Of a DNA stretch of 64,000 nucleotides, positions 47,806 to 57,201 are shown piece by piece (position 1 is the first letter of the stretch; every line of letters starts with the position of its first letter). Source of the stretch: a virus. Location of the stretch: IMG/VR virus record IMGVR_UViG_3300008259_000014, positions 1 through 64,000 of that record; one strand, given 5' to 3'. Position numbers and translations under genes: made by a program. Below the pieces are notes generated by a model. The model ran no database searches. It was not told where the DNA came from and worked only from the letters and a program-made list of their open reading frames with translations.

Positions 47806-48058
47806 TAAAAGTACCCTTATTTTTCTTTAGTTCTGCTAATTCATAAATTAAAGAAAGATTATTATCAATAATTGTAATTTTTGTGGTAGGGTCAAGCTCA
47901 GACCAATATATTATAATGTCTTCTACAGGAAGACTACAGAATTCTTTGTGAATCCTTTTTTCTTTTTCACTGTAAGATACTGAAAGGTTTCTTACTCCAG
48001 CTCCTACTATATATTTAAGACAATTTTCTTTTACTGAATCTTCCATGTTTATCTCCAA
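47798..48058 (-). CDS. Hypothetical protein
   Basis: ORF with RBS GGAG. Confidence 0.5.
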   Translation of the reverse strand: MEINMEDSVKENCLKYIVGAGVRNLSVSYSEKEKRIHKEFCSLPVEDIIIYWSELDPTTKITIIDNNLSLIYELAELKKNKGTFND

Positions 48059-48064
48059 AAAAAA

Positions 48065-48091
48065 ATGGACGGCGAAATATCAACCGTCCAT
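48065..48091 (-). terminator. Terminator after groEL-2
   Basis: ATGGACGG / CCGTCCAT plus U-tract. Confidence 0.75.
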
Positions 48092-48121
48092 AAATTCCCA
48101 CAGCCCTCGATCAGGTTTTTT

Positions 48122-49729
48122 TTAATCCTTGGTTTGTTCCTTTTCAAAAATTGTAACTTCCGTTGTCAACAGCGTTCCGCAGGCGGAAGCAGCGTTTTGC
48201 AACGCAGATCTTACAACCTTTAATGGATCAATTACCCCAAGAGATACCATATCATCTGAAAATACATTGTTTAATGCATCATAGCCGCAATGAACATTTC
48301 CACTTTCAATTATCTTTTCCATGACTAAAAATGGATTCTCAACACCTGCATTTTTCATTATCTGCAAGAATGGAGCCTTGATTGCCTTCTCCATTATATC
48401 AAAACCGACAGCCTCTTCGGGAGATAGCTTAGAAGCCATTTTAACCTCTTTTAGGCGCTGTACGCAGTGAAGCAGGGCAGATCCACCACCAGATACGATT
48501 CCCTCGTCTATTGCCGCCCTGACGGCATTAATAGCGTCTTCTACTCTATCCTTTCGCTCCTTCATTTCAGCTTCGGAAACTCCACCAACCTTGACGACTG
48601 CTATTGCGCCAGTTAATGCTGATAGCCTCATCCTTAAGCTTGCTAGCTGAAAGTCAATCATAGATGGGTCTTGTAATTGGCTTTTCAAGGCATCAACTCT
48701 TTGAGCTACTGACTCTGCTGAGCCACCACCGTCTATAATTGTTGTATTATTCTTTGTAACAATAACTTTTCTTGCCGTTCCAAGTGCAGACTTATCTGCA
48801 TCTCTTAATAGATCAACCTCCTCTTGGGTAAAGAATGTTGCTCCGCAAAGAACTGCTATATCAGATAGCATGTCCCTTCTTATATCTCCAAATCCAGGTG
48901 CTTTTATAGCACAACAATGCAAAGAACCTTTGGCCCTATTGACAACTAGGGTTTGAAATGCCTCACCATCTACGTCTTTAGCAATAATTAAAATTTGCTT
49001 TCCAGACTCAGAGACTGATTGCAGTATTTTTAAAATATCTTTTGAGCTTGAAATTTTTCCATCATATACCAGAATATATGGTTTATCAAACTCTACAGTC
49101 ATTTTTTCAAAATTATTTATAAAGTTTGGAGTTAGATACCCTCTATCAATATCTACGCCATCTGAGTATACAATTCTTGTCTCAGATCCAGTTGCATCTT
49201 CTACTGTTATAGTTCCATTGTTTCCAACTGTTGAGACTACCTCTCCAACAAGAGAGCCTAAGTCTACATCGTTATTTGCAGATATGATCGCAACATTTTT
49301 AATCTCATCGTCATTAGAAACCTTACTTCTAATTGAGGAAAGCTTTTCTACTACTGCGGCAGTAGCCTTATCTATTCCTCTTTTGATTAAAACTGGATTG
49401 TGACCTGCCGCAACAAGCTTAGCTCCCTCGTTGTATATTGCTTGGGCCAAAACAGTTGCAGTGGTAGTTCCATCTCCAGCGGTTGCATTTGTAGCAGATG
49501 CTACAGCCTTAATTAGCTGGGCTCCCATATTTTTTACCTTGTCATCTAAATCTATAGCTCTTGCAACTGTTACACCATCTTTTGTAATTAAAGGTGGTCC
49601 GTATTTTCTCTCTATTGCGGCGTGTCTACCCTTTGGTCCAAGAGTTGCTTTGACTGCATTTGCTAGTATATCAAGACCCTCTTGCAGTCCGTTTCTTGCC
49701 TCTGCGGCAAACTTTACATCTTTACTCAT
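48122..49729 (-). CDS. groEL: Chaperonin GroEL, copy 2 (more canonical)
   Basis: TLGPKGR, TKDGVTVA, AGDGTTTATVLAQA, KAPGFGD, KDRVEDA, GVIDP.KV. Confidence 0.97.
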   Translation of the reverse strand: MSKDVKFAAEARNGLQEGLDILANAVKATLGPKGRHAAIERKYGPPLITKDGVTVARAIDLDDKVKNMGAQLIKAVASATNATAGDGTTTATVLAQAIYNEGAKLVAAGHNPVLIKRGIDKATAAVVEKLSSIRSKVSNDDEIKNVAIISANNDVDLGSLVGEVVSTVGNNGTITVEDATGSETRIVYSDGVDIDRGYLTPNFINNFEKMTVEFDKPYILVYDGKISSSKDILKILQSVSESGKQILIIAKDVDGEAFQTLVVNRAKGSLHCCAIKAPGFGDIRRDMLSDIAVLCGATFFTQEEVDLLRDADKSALGTARKVIVTKNNTTIIDGGGSAESVAQRVDALKSQLQDPSMIDFQLASLRMRLSALTGAIAVVKVGGVSEAEMKERKDRVEDAINAVRAAIDEGIVSGGGSALLHCVQRLKEVKMASKLSPEEAVGFDIMEKAIKAPFLQIMKNAGVENPFLVMEKIIESGNVHCGYDALNNVFSDDMVSLGVIDPLKVVRSALQNAASACGTLLTTEVTIFEKEQTKD

Positions 49730-49748
49730 AAATTCTCCTTTATATATT

Positions 49749-49982
49749 TTATAAACAAACTTCTGATGTATCTAGATTTGTTCCATCATCTATGCAAATT
49801 CCAGTATCCAATGGTGGATTATAGCAACATGATTCTGATGTATTTATCTCACTATTACCACCAAAATTACAAGTGCTAAAAATTGAAAGTATTAACAATA
49901 CTATCATAACATCTCTTATAAATTTTGATACAAACTCATCCATAATAACTCCTTTTTCTAGACAATTATACCATATAGCCAA
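49749..49982 (-). CDS. Small membrane-anchored Cys-containing protein
   Basis: Single hydrophobic helix. Confidence 0.45.
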   Translation of the reverse strand: MAIWYNCLEKGVIMDEFVSKFIRDVMIVLLILSIFSTCNFGGNSEINTSESCCYNPPLDTGICIDDGTNLDTSEVCL

Positions 49983-49989
49983 AACTAAA

Positions 49990-50015
49990 AAAGGAGGGAT
50001 TTAGATCCCTCCTTT
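49990..50015 (-). terminator. Intrinsic terminator
   Basis: AAAGGAGGGAT / ATCCCTCCTTT. Confidence 0.75.
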
Positions 50016-50046
50016 GAATAATTCTATATTTTACTTAGCATCAGAA

Positions 50047-50373
50047 TCATTCTGATTCGCTCAACTCTAGCTTATCTTTCTCTTCCTTTTCCTTCTTTAG
50101 ATCTTCTGCTCTTTGCATTCTTTTTAGCCTACCATTTGCTCTCTCAGCAGCAAAAACAATTTCATCTTCCGACAGAGGAAGAGCTAGAAAATAAAACAAA
50201 GACCTTGCGCCGTCATACATATTACCCTCCAGCGCCTGAATCTCCTTCTTAAGTCTATTTATGGTAAGTAAATCATTAAGTACGCCCACTGCGGCCTCAA
50301 TCATTTCCTTGTCAACACACTCATCGACTGTATCTCTAAACTTGTTTAGCTCTATTGCGCTCTTGATTTCCAT
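50047..50373 (-). CDS. Hypothetical protein
   Basis: ORF. Confidence 0.55.
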   Translation of the reverse strand: MEIKSAIELNKFRDTVDECVDKEMIEAAVGVLNDLLTINRLKKEIQALEGNMYDGARSLFYFLALPLSEDEIVFAAERANGRLKRMQRAEDLKKEKEEKDKLELSESE

Positions 50374-50406
50374 CTTGTACTCTCTTGATTTGTGGTTAAT
50401 GAAAAA

Positions 50407-51522
50407 TTATTTTTTTATTTTAAATCTTTTAAATGGTAGACTTTCAAATGTCTCTTCCACTAGAGAACTGGAAAAGTTTAAGGGTTTTTTATCTATAAAG
50501 CAATTAACATTTTTTCTATCTAAGAAAAGTTGTAAAACGTTTTTGTAATTATCATTATTTAAAAGAAACAATATAAATGATTTATCAATATTTTCAAGAT
50601 CTAAAAGTTTTAAAACCCTATCATGTGCTGTAAAGCTTCTTACAAATGCATTTAGATTTCTCTTATCAAGATAGTGCGTATCAGTTGTTGGTTCTGCAGT
50701 CCCAAATTTAATAGTCGCAGGGGTTAGTGCTGTTAAATTTGTTATTGATGGCACTAGTATAGATAGTGGTTCATCTATAGTCTTGGAAACCTCTAGGTGA
50801 TCTATACATTTCGTTAATGAACCCACCATATAATCGCACACAGCCTTTGTAGGCTCAAGATTGTATCTTGATTGATATTTTAAGTATCTAATGCAATTGT
50901 ATGCAAGGCTGCCGGGATGTCCATCTAATCTTGAATTGAAATTTTCGGAGAAAGATAATTTTAAGTTGCTAAAATCATCTACAGCAGACTGGTGAACATA
51001 TAATATGTTATTATTCCAGGCAACTTTGCAAATATTCAAATCAAATTCATTAATAAGATTTTCTACAGATGTAACCTTATTTCTCATAACCTGAATGGTT
51101 TCCTTTTCGGATTCTGAGGCTACAAGGAAGGTTGTTGCAAACTTACTCTTCTTTATGCAAGAAATAAGCATTTCTCTAGTATCTTGAGTGGTTGTTATAT
51201 CAATAATATCATCTTTATTAGATAACCTCATTACATCAAGTAATGCATATCTAGTTGTAGATTTTGCACCATCAACTAACCATACATCAATATCTCCGTA
51301 TTTTATTCTTTTATTCTTGCCAAGACTTTTAAGTAGCATATTAAGATGCAAGTCATAGTTTGCATCTTTAATCATAAAGTATTCTACAAATACAGAAAGA
51401 GGAAATCCACCGGCTACTACAATCCCCGGATCTATTAATTCTTTAGGGAGAAGATGTGTAATAAGTTTATTTACAAAATCATTTTCAATTTTTAGGACCT
51501 GACTCATGAGAACTAACTCCAA
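50407..51522 (-). CDS. Nucleotidyltransferase with CCA/poly(A)-polymerase-like head domain
   Basis: VVAGGF, GDIDVW, IQV, INEFDLNICK, R..KY..R. Confidence 0.65.
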   Translation of the reverse strand: MELVLMSQVLKIENDFVNKLITHLLPKELIDPGIVVAGGFPLSVFVEYFMIKDANYDLHLNMLLKSLGKNKRIKYGDIDVWLVDGAKSTTRYALLDVMRLSNKDDIIDITTTQDTREMLISCIKKSKFATTFLVASESEKETIQVMRNKVTSVENLINEFDLNICKVAWNNNILYVHQSAVDDFSNLKLSFSENFNSRLDGHPGSLAYNCIRYLKYQSRYNLEPTKAVCDYMVGSLTKCIDHLEVSKTIDEPLSILVPSITNLTALTPATIKFGTAEPTTDTHYLDKRNLNAFVRSFTAHDRVLKLLDLENIDKSFILFLLNNDNYKNVLQLFLDRKNVNCFIDKKPLNFSSSLVEETFESLPFKRFKIKK

Positions 51523-52513
51523 GCATTATTTGTCGAGAAAAAATGCAATAGCCTATATTGCATCCTCCAGTGGTATTATAATCAGGAGGGCCAACGTCGG
51601 CAACACATTAACTGATGGGGAAAAGAAAAAATGGCAGAGCCTGTTAGAGGCCTGCGATAAGCCCGCTTATAGCGTTGTGCCTTTGGACAAACTTGGAGAA
51701 GAGATAAATAATAGTATTGCAAGCGGAATCAAAAAAATCTATAACTCTCTTAAAGAGATTACAGGCTCTATAATAGATCCAGAAAACTCTTACCAAGCAA
51801 GAACTGCAAAAGTAAATAAAATAAAGGCATTCTACAATATATCAAAATATAGTGGCAGAAAAGAAGATCTGCAAAAGGAAGCTATATCATTTGGAGATAT
51901 ATTTGGCAAAGGTATGATGGGAATAGGTATTATTACAGATTTAATACTATTTGGTAAAAATCTTTACGAGACATATGAAAATGGAAAAAAATTATTATAC
52001 TCATTACCATTGCAAAAATGGGGAATAGATAATGCTGCAATCCCACTTCCAAATTTTGTAAAGGAAAATGGAAAAAAATTAGAAACACTTATAAATCAAA
52101 ACAAAGAATCACCAGAAGCATTGTCAGAGCTTTTAGAAATCTCAAAAACCTTGAAGGCATATAGTAGTGATTTTATAGGAATGCTTGCAAATACTATTTA
52201 CTTATTTCTAGATGTTGTAGACCTGGCAGTTGCAGCAGGATCTGCAATGGTTTTAAAGCCATTGACAGGCTGGGTAAATTTGCTATTAGCACTACCTATA
52301 ATAGGGTATGAGATAGCAAATGAAACTATCGTAGAGGAAAGTTTTGGCAGCCCAATTGATCTTATCAAAGATATATGCGGCAATCATTTATATCAAGAGA
52401 GCAAATCTGAGGAATATTCAGAAACACAAACCAATAAATCAGAACGCTATATAACCATAGAAGATATTGAAAGACTGAGAGCAGATAGGGCGCTTAAGAC
52501 AATGGTAAACTAA
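51506..52513 (+). CDS. Only plus-strand gene; helical protein with hydrophobic hairpin segments
   Basis: 335-aa ORF ending at a convergent terminator; apolar stretches GMMGIGIITDLILFG and LAVAAGSAMVLKPLTGWVNLLLALPIIG. Confidence 0.75.
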   Translation: MRTNSKHYLSRKNAIAYIASSSGIIIRRANVGNTLTDGEKKKWQSLLEACDKPAYSVVPLDKLGEEINNSIASGIKKIYNSLKEITGSIIDPENSYQARTAKVNKIKAFYNISKYSGRKEDLQKEAISFGDIFGKGMMGIGIITDLILFGKNLYETYENGKKLLYSLPLQKWGIDNAAIPLPNFVKENGKKLETLINQNKESPEALSELLEISKTLKAYSSDFIGMLANTIYLFLDVVDLAVAAGSAMVLKPLTGWVNLLLALPIIGYEIANETIVEESFGSPIDLIKDICGNHLYQESKSEEYSETQTNKSERYITIEDIERLRADRALKTMVN

Positions 52514-52540
52514 AAAAGGCGGGTATATACCCGCCTTTTT
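52513..52540. terminator. Bidirectional terminator between convergent genes
   Basis: AAAAAGGCGGGTATATACCCGCCTTTTT. Confidence 0.9.
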
Positions 52541-52541
52541 A

Positions 52542-52955
52542 TTATGAAACTTTTATAGAGACTTTTGCAGATTTTTCGGCCTTGACTTTTCTTGGAATTT
52601 TAACAGAGAGAAGTCCATCCTCTACTGAGGCAGTTGCTGATGCAAGGTCCAGCAAAGATTCAGTAAGTAGCAATCTAGAGGCAACAGGCTTTGCATCCAC
52701 TCCCTTGTGTGGGCTAGCCTTTACGACTAAATAACTATTTTGAAATGAAACATCTACATTGTTTTTGTTACAGCCTGGAACATCAAGTGATGCAATAAAG
52801 ATTCCATCAACCTCTTTATATCTAAAGAGATTGGTTGAAAAAGAATCAACCAAATCTTTAAATGCTTTATCATTTTCAAGGGATTTCGAGACACCTTCAA
52901 GAATATCTTGAAAATTTCCTTGGTATGTATAGAATTTATCAAAATGTTTGTACAT
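52542..52955 (-). CDS. Small heat-shock protein (Hsp20)
   Basis: DVPG..K.NVDV, A.ASVEDGLLSVKIPR, I.V tail. Confidence 0.88.
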   Translation of the reverse strand: MYKHFDKFYTYQGNFQDILEGVSKSLENDKAFKDLVDSFSTNLFRYKEVDGIFIASLDVPGCNKNNVDVSFQNSYLVVKASPHKGVDAKPVASRLLLTESLLDLASATASVEDGLLSVKIPRKVKAEKSAKVSIKVS

Positions 52956-53016
52956 TACTACTCCTTTTTGTTTTATATTTAGACACTAATTAATCACATA
53001 AATAAAAATTAAGCAT

Positions 53017-53769
53017 CTATTTGCTATTAGCTTCTAGATACAAACTAATTATATTATGGAAAAAGTTATGAACTTTTGAGATTTCAACTATCTGCTTGTT
53101 AACTAAAACTGCCGGACAATCTATTGTGTTTATAACGCGCTTTGTACTAAATGGCGAAAAGTCTAATTCTAGTAGCGGAAGCTTGTCATGAGAAAGTACT
53201 GCCCCAATGTATATAGGGTTACTATATATTCCCTTCATTATCTCCATAAGACCTATTACATTGTCAAATGTATTTATATGCGTTTGCGATAATACACAGA
53301 TTTCTGCTGCTAGCACAACTTCATCTGGATGACTGGAAACTTTTTCCAACTTAAAACTATGTATATCTATACAAGATTCGACTGCAAAATTTATCATATC
53401 ATGAAATTCCTGTTCATAATTAAATAAACTGTCAATATCATAATTGATACGTAATGTTAATTGCGCCCCAATTGAAAGACTTCCTAGAGCATTTGAATTA
53501 TCAGCAATAAGCTTTTTTAAGTCACTTCTAGCGGATAAGACTCCATCTGACTCAACTACTGACAGTGCAATAAAGTTATTAGCATTAGAGCCAGATTTTT
53601 TTATAACACTAAAAGGAATCAAGATTTTTTGATTATTAAATGTACCAAAAAATACACTCTTAAGCTTATTATAAACTTGTTTTGTAGTTAGATCAGTACC
53701 TCGCAATACAACGCCTACTTTGGATCTGTCATCTATTGATAGATACTCAACAATTCTATAATCACTCAT
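53017..53769 (-). CDS. Hypothetical protein
   Basis: ORF overlapping the exonuclease gene. Confidence 0.6.
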   Translation of the reverse strand: MSDYRIVEYLSIDDRSKVGVVLRGTDLTTKQVYNKLKSVFFGTFNNQKILIPFSVIKKSGSNANNFIALSVVESDGVLSARSDLKKLIADNSNALGSLSIGAQLTLRINYDIDSLFNYEQEFHDMINFAVESCIDIHSFKLEKVSSHPDEVVLAAEICVLSQTHINTFDNVIGLMEIMKGIYSNPIYIGAVLSHDKLPLLELDFSPFSTKRVINTIDCPAVLVNKQIVEISKVHNFFHNIISLYLEANSK

Positions 53770-54595
53770 CTTTTATATTTTCCAAGGTGTTTATAAATGA
53801 ATTAAAGTATTTTTCATTTATCATTGATTTTAAATTTAATGATTCAAATAGATTGAAAATTTTATCGGAATCAAGAATACCATTGTAAAATAATATAGTA
53901 TCTTTCTCTTCTTTTAAATCTGCAAACTTTACAAGATTATATGAATGATCGTACTCCTGCTTAAATACTGGATTTTTAAGCTTTGCATTCAAAATTGACT
54001 TGTCTTTAAGCATTTTTACAGCTCCAACTTTTCCAACTCCCTTTACACCAGGTATATTATCTGTCTTGTCACCAACAAGAGCCTTATAGCTAGTATAGTC
54101 AACATCCATTCTTTGCCTATAAGCTTTCTCTATTGGATTCCAAAGAGAGACCTTATCGGATAAATCAAGAGTTTGAATAAAGTCAGTATCCGAAGAAATA
54201 ATGACTTTTTCTCCGTAAAGAGTTGTTGCCAGGTAATTAAGTATGTCGTCACACTCATGATCTGGGTGATATACAGTAATAAATGGAAAGAATTCTTTTA
54301 CTGAATCAATTATTATTCTTTTTTGTTTGTGAAAGCTTTGCCAATATTCTAATTCTTCTTTAGTTGGATCTACAAGCTTTCTATTACCCTTATACTCAGA
54401 GTCCATCTCAAGCCTTTTCTTTGGCTTTCCGTCAAGAATAAAGTAAACTCTTTCTGGGGAAAAGGTATCTAGTATTGGCTTTAAAGATTTAAAAAAGTTA
54501 TATACAATCTGATTTTCGCCATCTGCTAGGCCGCCGCCCCAATTAAATCTGGAGCGATGAATTAAATTATAGCTATCTACTAGTATTTTTGTCAT
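53762..54595 (-). CDS. 5'-3' exonuclease / flap endonuclease (T4 RNase H, T5 D15 family)
   Basis: VDSYN, LDG, YKGNR, ECDD, SSDTDF.Q, GDKTDNIPGV.GVG. Confidence 0.95.
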   Translation of the reverse strand: MTKILVDSYNLIHRSRFNWGGGLADGENQIVYNFFKSLKPILDTFSPERVYFILDGKPKKRLEMDSEYKGNRKLVDPTKEELEYWQSFHKQKRIIIDSVKEFFPFITVYHPDHECDDILNYLATTLYGEKVIISSDTDFIQTLDLSDKVSLWNPIEKAYRQRMDVDYTSYKALVGDKTDNIPGVKGVGKVGAVKMLKDKSILNAKLKNPVFKQEYDHSYNLVKFADLKEEKDTILFYNGILDSDKIFNLFESLNLKSMINEKYFNSFINTLENIKDE

Positions 54596-55257
54596 TTAAA
54601 ATAAAGAACCTTATTTTTTGAGCCATTAATTGTCGATGCATTTCCATGGACTTTAAACATTACTACTATATCTTTTGTTTTAGAATCAACCCTGCATAAG
54701 GTACAGTCATTACATGATATATCCTTCTTGCCTGGAACACCATGTCTAGCTGGGCATATAACTGCTTTTTTACCAGCCAGCATTGTTGATTTTGGAACAT
54801 TGCCATCTGCAATAATTGTAGCGGCCCAACCCATATTTGAAGCCTCTTTTAAGTCATCTATATCATTACATGATGCTCTAAAATAATTTTTTAGAGGCTG
54901 GGAGCTTTTCTCCCTCCAGGTATGAGTATACCCAACATTTATAAGTCCGGCATTTTTAACTTCTTCACATTCTTTTATCGTCATATCAACATCGTCAACA
55001 ACATCTCCGGCAACCCTATGCCTTGCAATCTTTGCAGTCTTAGCCCTAGATGTTAAAGCCTGCTTTAAAGACTTTGGCTGCAAGACTCCATTGGATATCT
55101 TTCTGCCTAAATTTCTAAGGTAGAATAAGCCCCACGCATAACAGCCTCCAGTTTTCAACTGACATGAATCTGGACATGATTCCAATGGAGAGTAGCTTGC
55201 TAAAACTTCACCTATTTTCTTATCACTTGACTTTGATACCCAATGTACTTTTCTCAT
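54592..55257 (-). CDS. Cys-rich phage protein, possibly Fe-S/radical-SAM-like fold
   Basis: CPDSC-x6-CYA, RHRVAGD, GYTH, CPA, C..C.LC, F..HG. Confidence 0.55.
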   Translation of the reverse strand: MRKVHWVSKSSDKKIGEVLASYSPLESCPDSCQLKTGGCYAWGLFYLRNLGRKISNGVLQPKSLKQALTSRAKTAKIARHRVAGDVVDDVDMTIKECEEVKNAGLINVGYTHTWREKSSQPLKNYFRASCNDIDDLKEASNMGWAATIIADGNVPKSTMLAGKKAVICPARHGVPGKKDISCNDCTLCRVDSKTKDIVVMFKVHGNASTINGSKNKVLYFK

Positions 55258-55269
55258 TAAACCTCCATT

Positions 55270-55313
55270 AATATTAAGGCAGGCGTAGTTTTTTCTACGC
55301 CTGCCTTAATATT
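55270..55313. terminator. 19-bp perfect inverted repeat, terminator or processing stem
   Basis: AATATTAAGGCAGGCGTAG / CTACGCCTGCCTTAATATT. Confidence 0.75.
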
Positions 55314-55324
55314 GTTTGTGTTTT

Positions 55325-55573
55325 TTACTCTGCTGAATCTACATCTTCGCTCAAAGCCTCATTTAGGAAGGCTCTCAAAGCTCTGGCTTCGCGGATGTTC
55401 ATTCTTACGGTTGGATCAACAATTCTCCAGTCTTCAGACTTCATAGTGATAGTGAGGTTGTTGCTACCAGCAGCCTTTGCAGGATTGCCGTTAACAATAG
55501 AGAATTGAGCGCCCTTGGTTGACTTGGTCTTAGAAACAATTTTTGCTTGAGTGGTTTGTACAGTGTTTGACAT
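55325..55573 (-). CDS. Small hypothetical protein
   Basis: Strong RBS AAGGAGA. Confidence 0.6.
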   Translation of the reverse strand: MSNTVQTTQAKIVSKTKSTKGAQFSIVNGNPAKAAGSNNLTITMKSEDWRIVDPTVRMNIREARALRAFLNEALSEDVDSAE

Positions 55574-55583
55574 TTTTATCTCC

Positions 55584-55925
55584 TTAGTGGTTGTTTTTTA
55601 GCAATTCGGGATCTAGTCCCCAGTGATCTTTAATAACGCCTAGCCGCTTTAGGCTTCTGAAGTTAATTTTTGCGGCAGTACCCTCTTCCTTGTCTTCAAT
55701 CTTCTTAGTAGTATCCTCTCTTGAACCTAATAGACCTGGAACTGTTGCAAGTATTTCTGCAACCTTAATTCCATGCTCTGCACTTATTACGGCTAAGTGA
55801 CCTAGCAGCATTATTGCTAGCACATCTGTTTTTTGCATACCATTTAAATTTGCATCTTTGAGAACTTTAGACAATGATTCTATTAGCTCAATATATTCCT
55901 TCTCAGAAAGGATATTTTTTGACAT
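55584..55925 (-). CDS. Hypothetical protein
   Basis: Coupled ORF. Confidence 0.55.
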   Translation of the reverse strand: MSKNILSEKEYIELIESLSKVLKDANLNGMQKTDVLAIMLLGHLAVISAEHGIKVAEILATVPGLLGSREDTTKKIEDKEEGTAAKINFRSLKRLGVIKDHWGLDPELLKNNH

Positions 55926-56170
55926 TACCAGTCCAAATATACAATACTGTTTATTCCGACTGTTTTTCTTGCACCAGAGTCAGCTCGATAAGTTACTGTA
56001 AGGTAATTTTGGTCTGAAGAAACTACATTACCCCACTCTCTTTTACCATAGACTTGCGCAGCCATTCTTGAGCCTGGTGTAAAGTCTACGATATTAAAGC
56101 AGAAGTGCTCATCCCAACCGTTTGGTAGTTCATCTTCCCATCTATCTTGTGAATCCATTTTAATCACCAA
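55925..56170 (-). CDS. Small beta-rich (SH3-like) hypothetical protein
   Basis: First gene after the promoter at 56213-56240. Confidence 0.5.
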   Translation of the reverse strand: MVIKMDSQDRWEDELPNGWDEHFCFNIVDFTPGSRMAAQVYGKREWGNVVSSDQNYLTVTYRADSGARKTVGINSIVYLDW

Positions 56171-56212
56171 TTTTTATTTGTTAATTCGCTCGTGGACCCC
56201 GTCCACGACTAT

Positions 56213-56240
56213 AGTATAGTCGGGCATTTCTAGGCGGCAA
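56213..56240 (-). promoter_or_regulatory. Promoter TTGCCG-N16-TATACT with +1 hairpin (56190-56208); -35 box lies in an arm of the 56230-56260 inverted repeat
   Basis: Read directly from sequence. Confidence 0.7.
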
Positions 56241-56256
56241 TATTTTTTTTTGCCGC

Positions 56257-57201
56257 CTAGAAAGATTCCATTCTTGCGGGCAAAATTAGCTTTGTGTAGT
56301 TGATCAAAGCTAGCTCTTTTTCTTTTGCTTCGATCATACAGTCGAATTCATAATCATAGGTATTAATTAGACCTGTGATATAATCAGAATGAGCTTGTGG
56401 TTTTGATCCATCATTATAATGATCACATCTGGATTCACTATAATGAGTGGCAGGGGTTATAGATCCCCATGTACTAAGAGATAGCTCTAAAGCATCTTTT
56501 TCGCTTAGACCTCCGCTGCAAAATTTATGATGATGGTAATCAAATACAATTGGAATTCCAGATCTTGAATATATATCTTTATATAGCTCTATAGCAGAAT
56601 AAAGACCTTCTTTATCATCATTTTCCACTGTTAATCTTTTTTTAACACTATCTGATAATCTATCAAAATTTGTTAAAAACGTATTTAACGCTACAGCTTT
56701 GTCATCATAAGCTGCGCCAACATGTATATTAATTTTATTATAAGGAGTCTGTGATAGACCAATTAAATCAAAGATCTTTCCATGATTTTCAAGATCCTTA
56801 ATAGTGTTTAATACTACACTTTCAGATGGAGACGATAGCTTATTAAATGGACCAGGATGTGATGTAAGCCTTTGTCCATATGAATTAGCTAAATTTCCGG
56901 CCAACTTTAGATTAGCAGAGATTTCCTCTATATCTGGCATATCATCTATCTCATAGTGTGAAGCCCATGGAAATATGTCAGAGCTTAATCTGTAAAATTT
57001 AATATTATTAATTTGATTCCATTTTATAATTTTAACCAAGTCTTCACAATTTTGCAAAGCTAACTTGGAGGCATATTTAATACCCTTCTCATCGAAGGTC
57101 TTTTTTATCATAGTCCTATTTGTAGTAACTTTGTTTTTGGCCGGAACATTATTAGACAGGGTCATATTTATACAGGCATATCCATATCTATTTTTTTGCA
57201 T
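56257..57201 (-). CDS. uvsE: UV damage endonuclease
   Basis: GYACIN, YRLSSDIFP, HPGPF..LSS, INIHVG, RLTVENDD, FDYHHH, HYSES, QAHSD, IEAKEKE. Confidence 0.95.
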   Translation of the reverse strand: MQKNRYGYACINMTLSNNVPAKNKVTTNRTMIKKTFDEKGIKYASKLALQNCEDLVKIIKWNQINNIKFYRLSSDIFPWASHYEIDDMPDIEEISANLKLAGNLANSYGQRLTSHPGPFNKLSSPSESVVLNTIKDLENHGKIFDLIGLSQTPYNKINIHVGAAYDDKAVALNTFLTNFDRLSDSVKKRLTVENDDKEGLYSAIELYKDIYSRSGIPIVFDYHHHKFCSGGLSEKDALELSLSTWGSITPATHYSESRCDHYNDGSKPQAHSDYITGLINTYDYEFDCMIEAKEKELALINYTKLILPARMESF

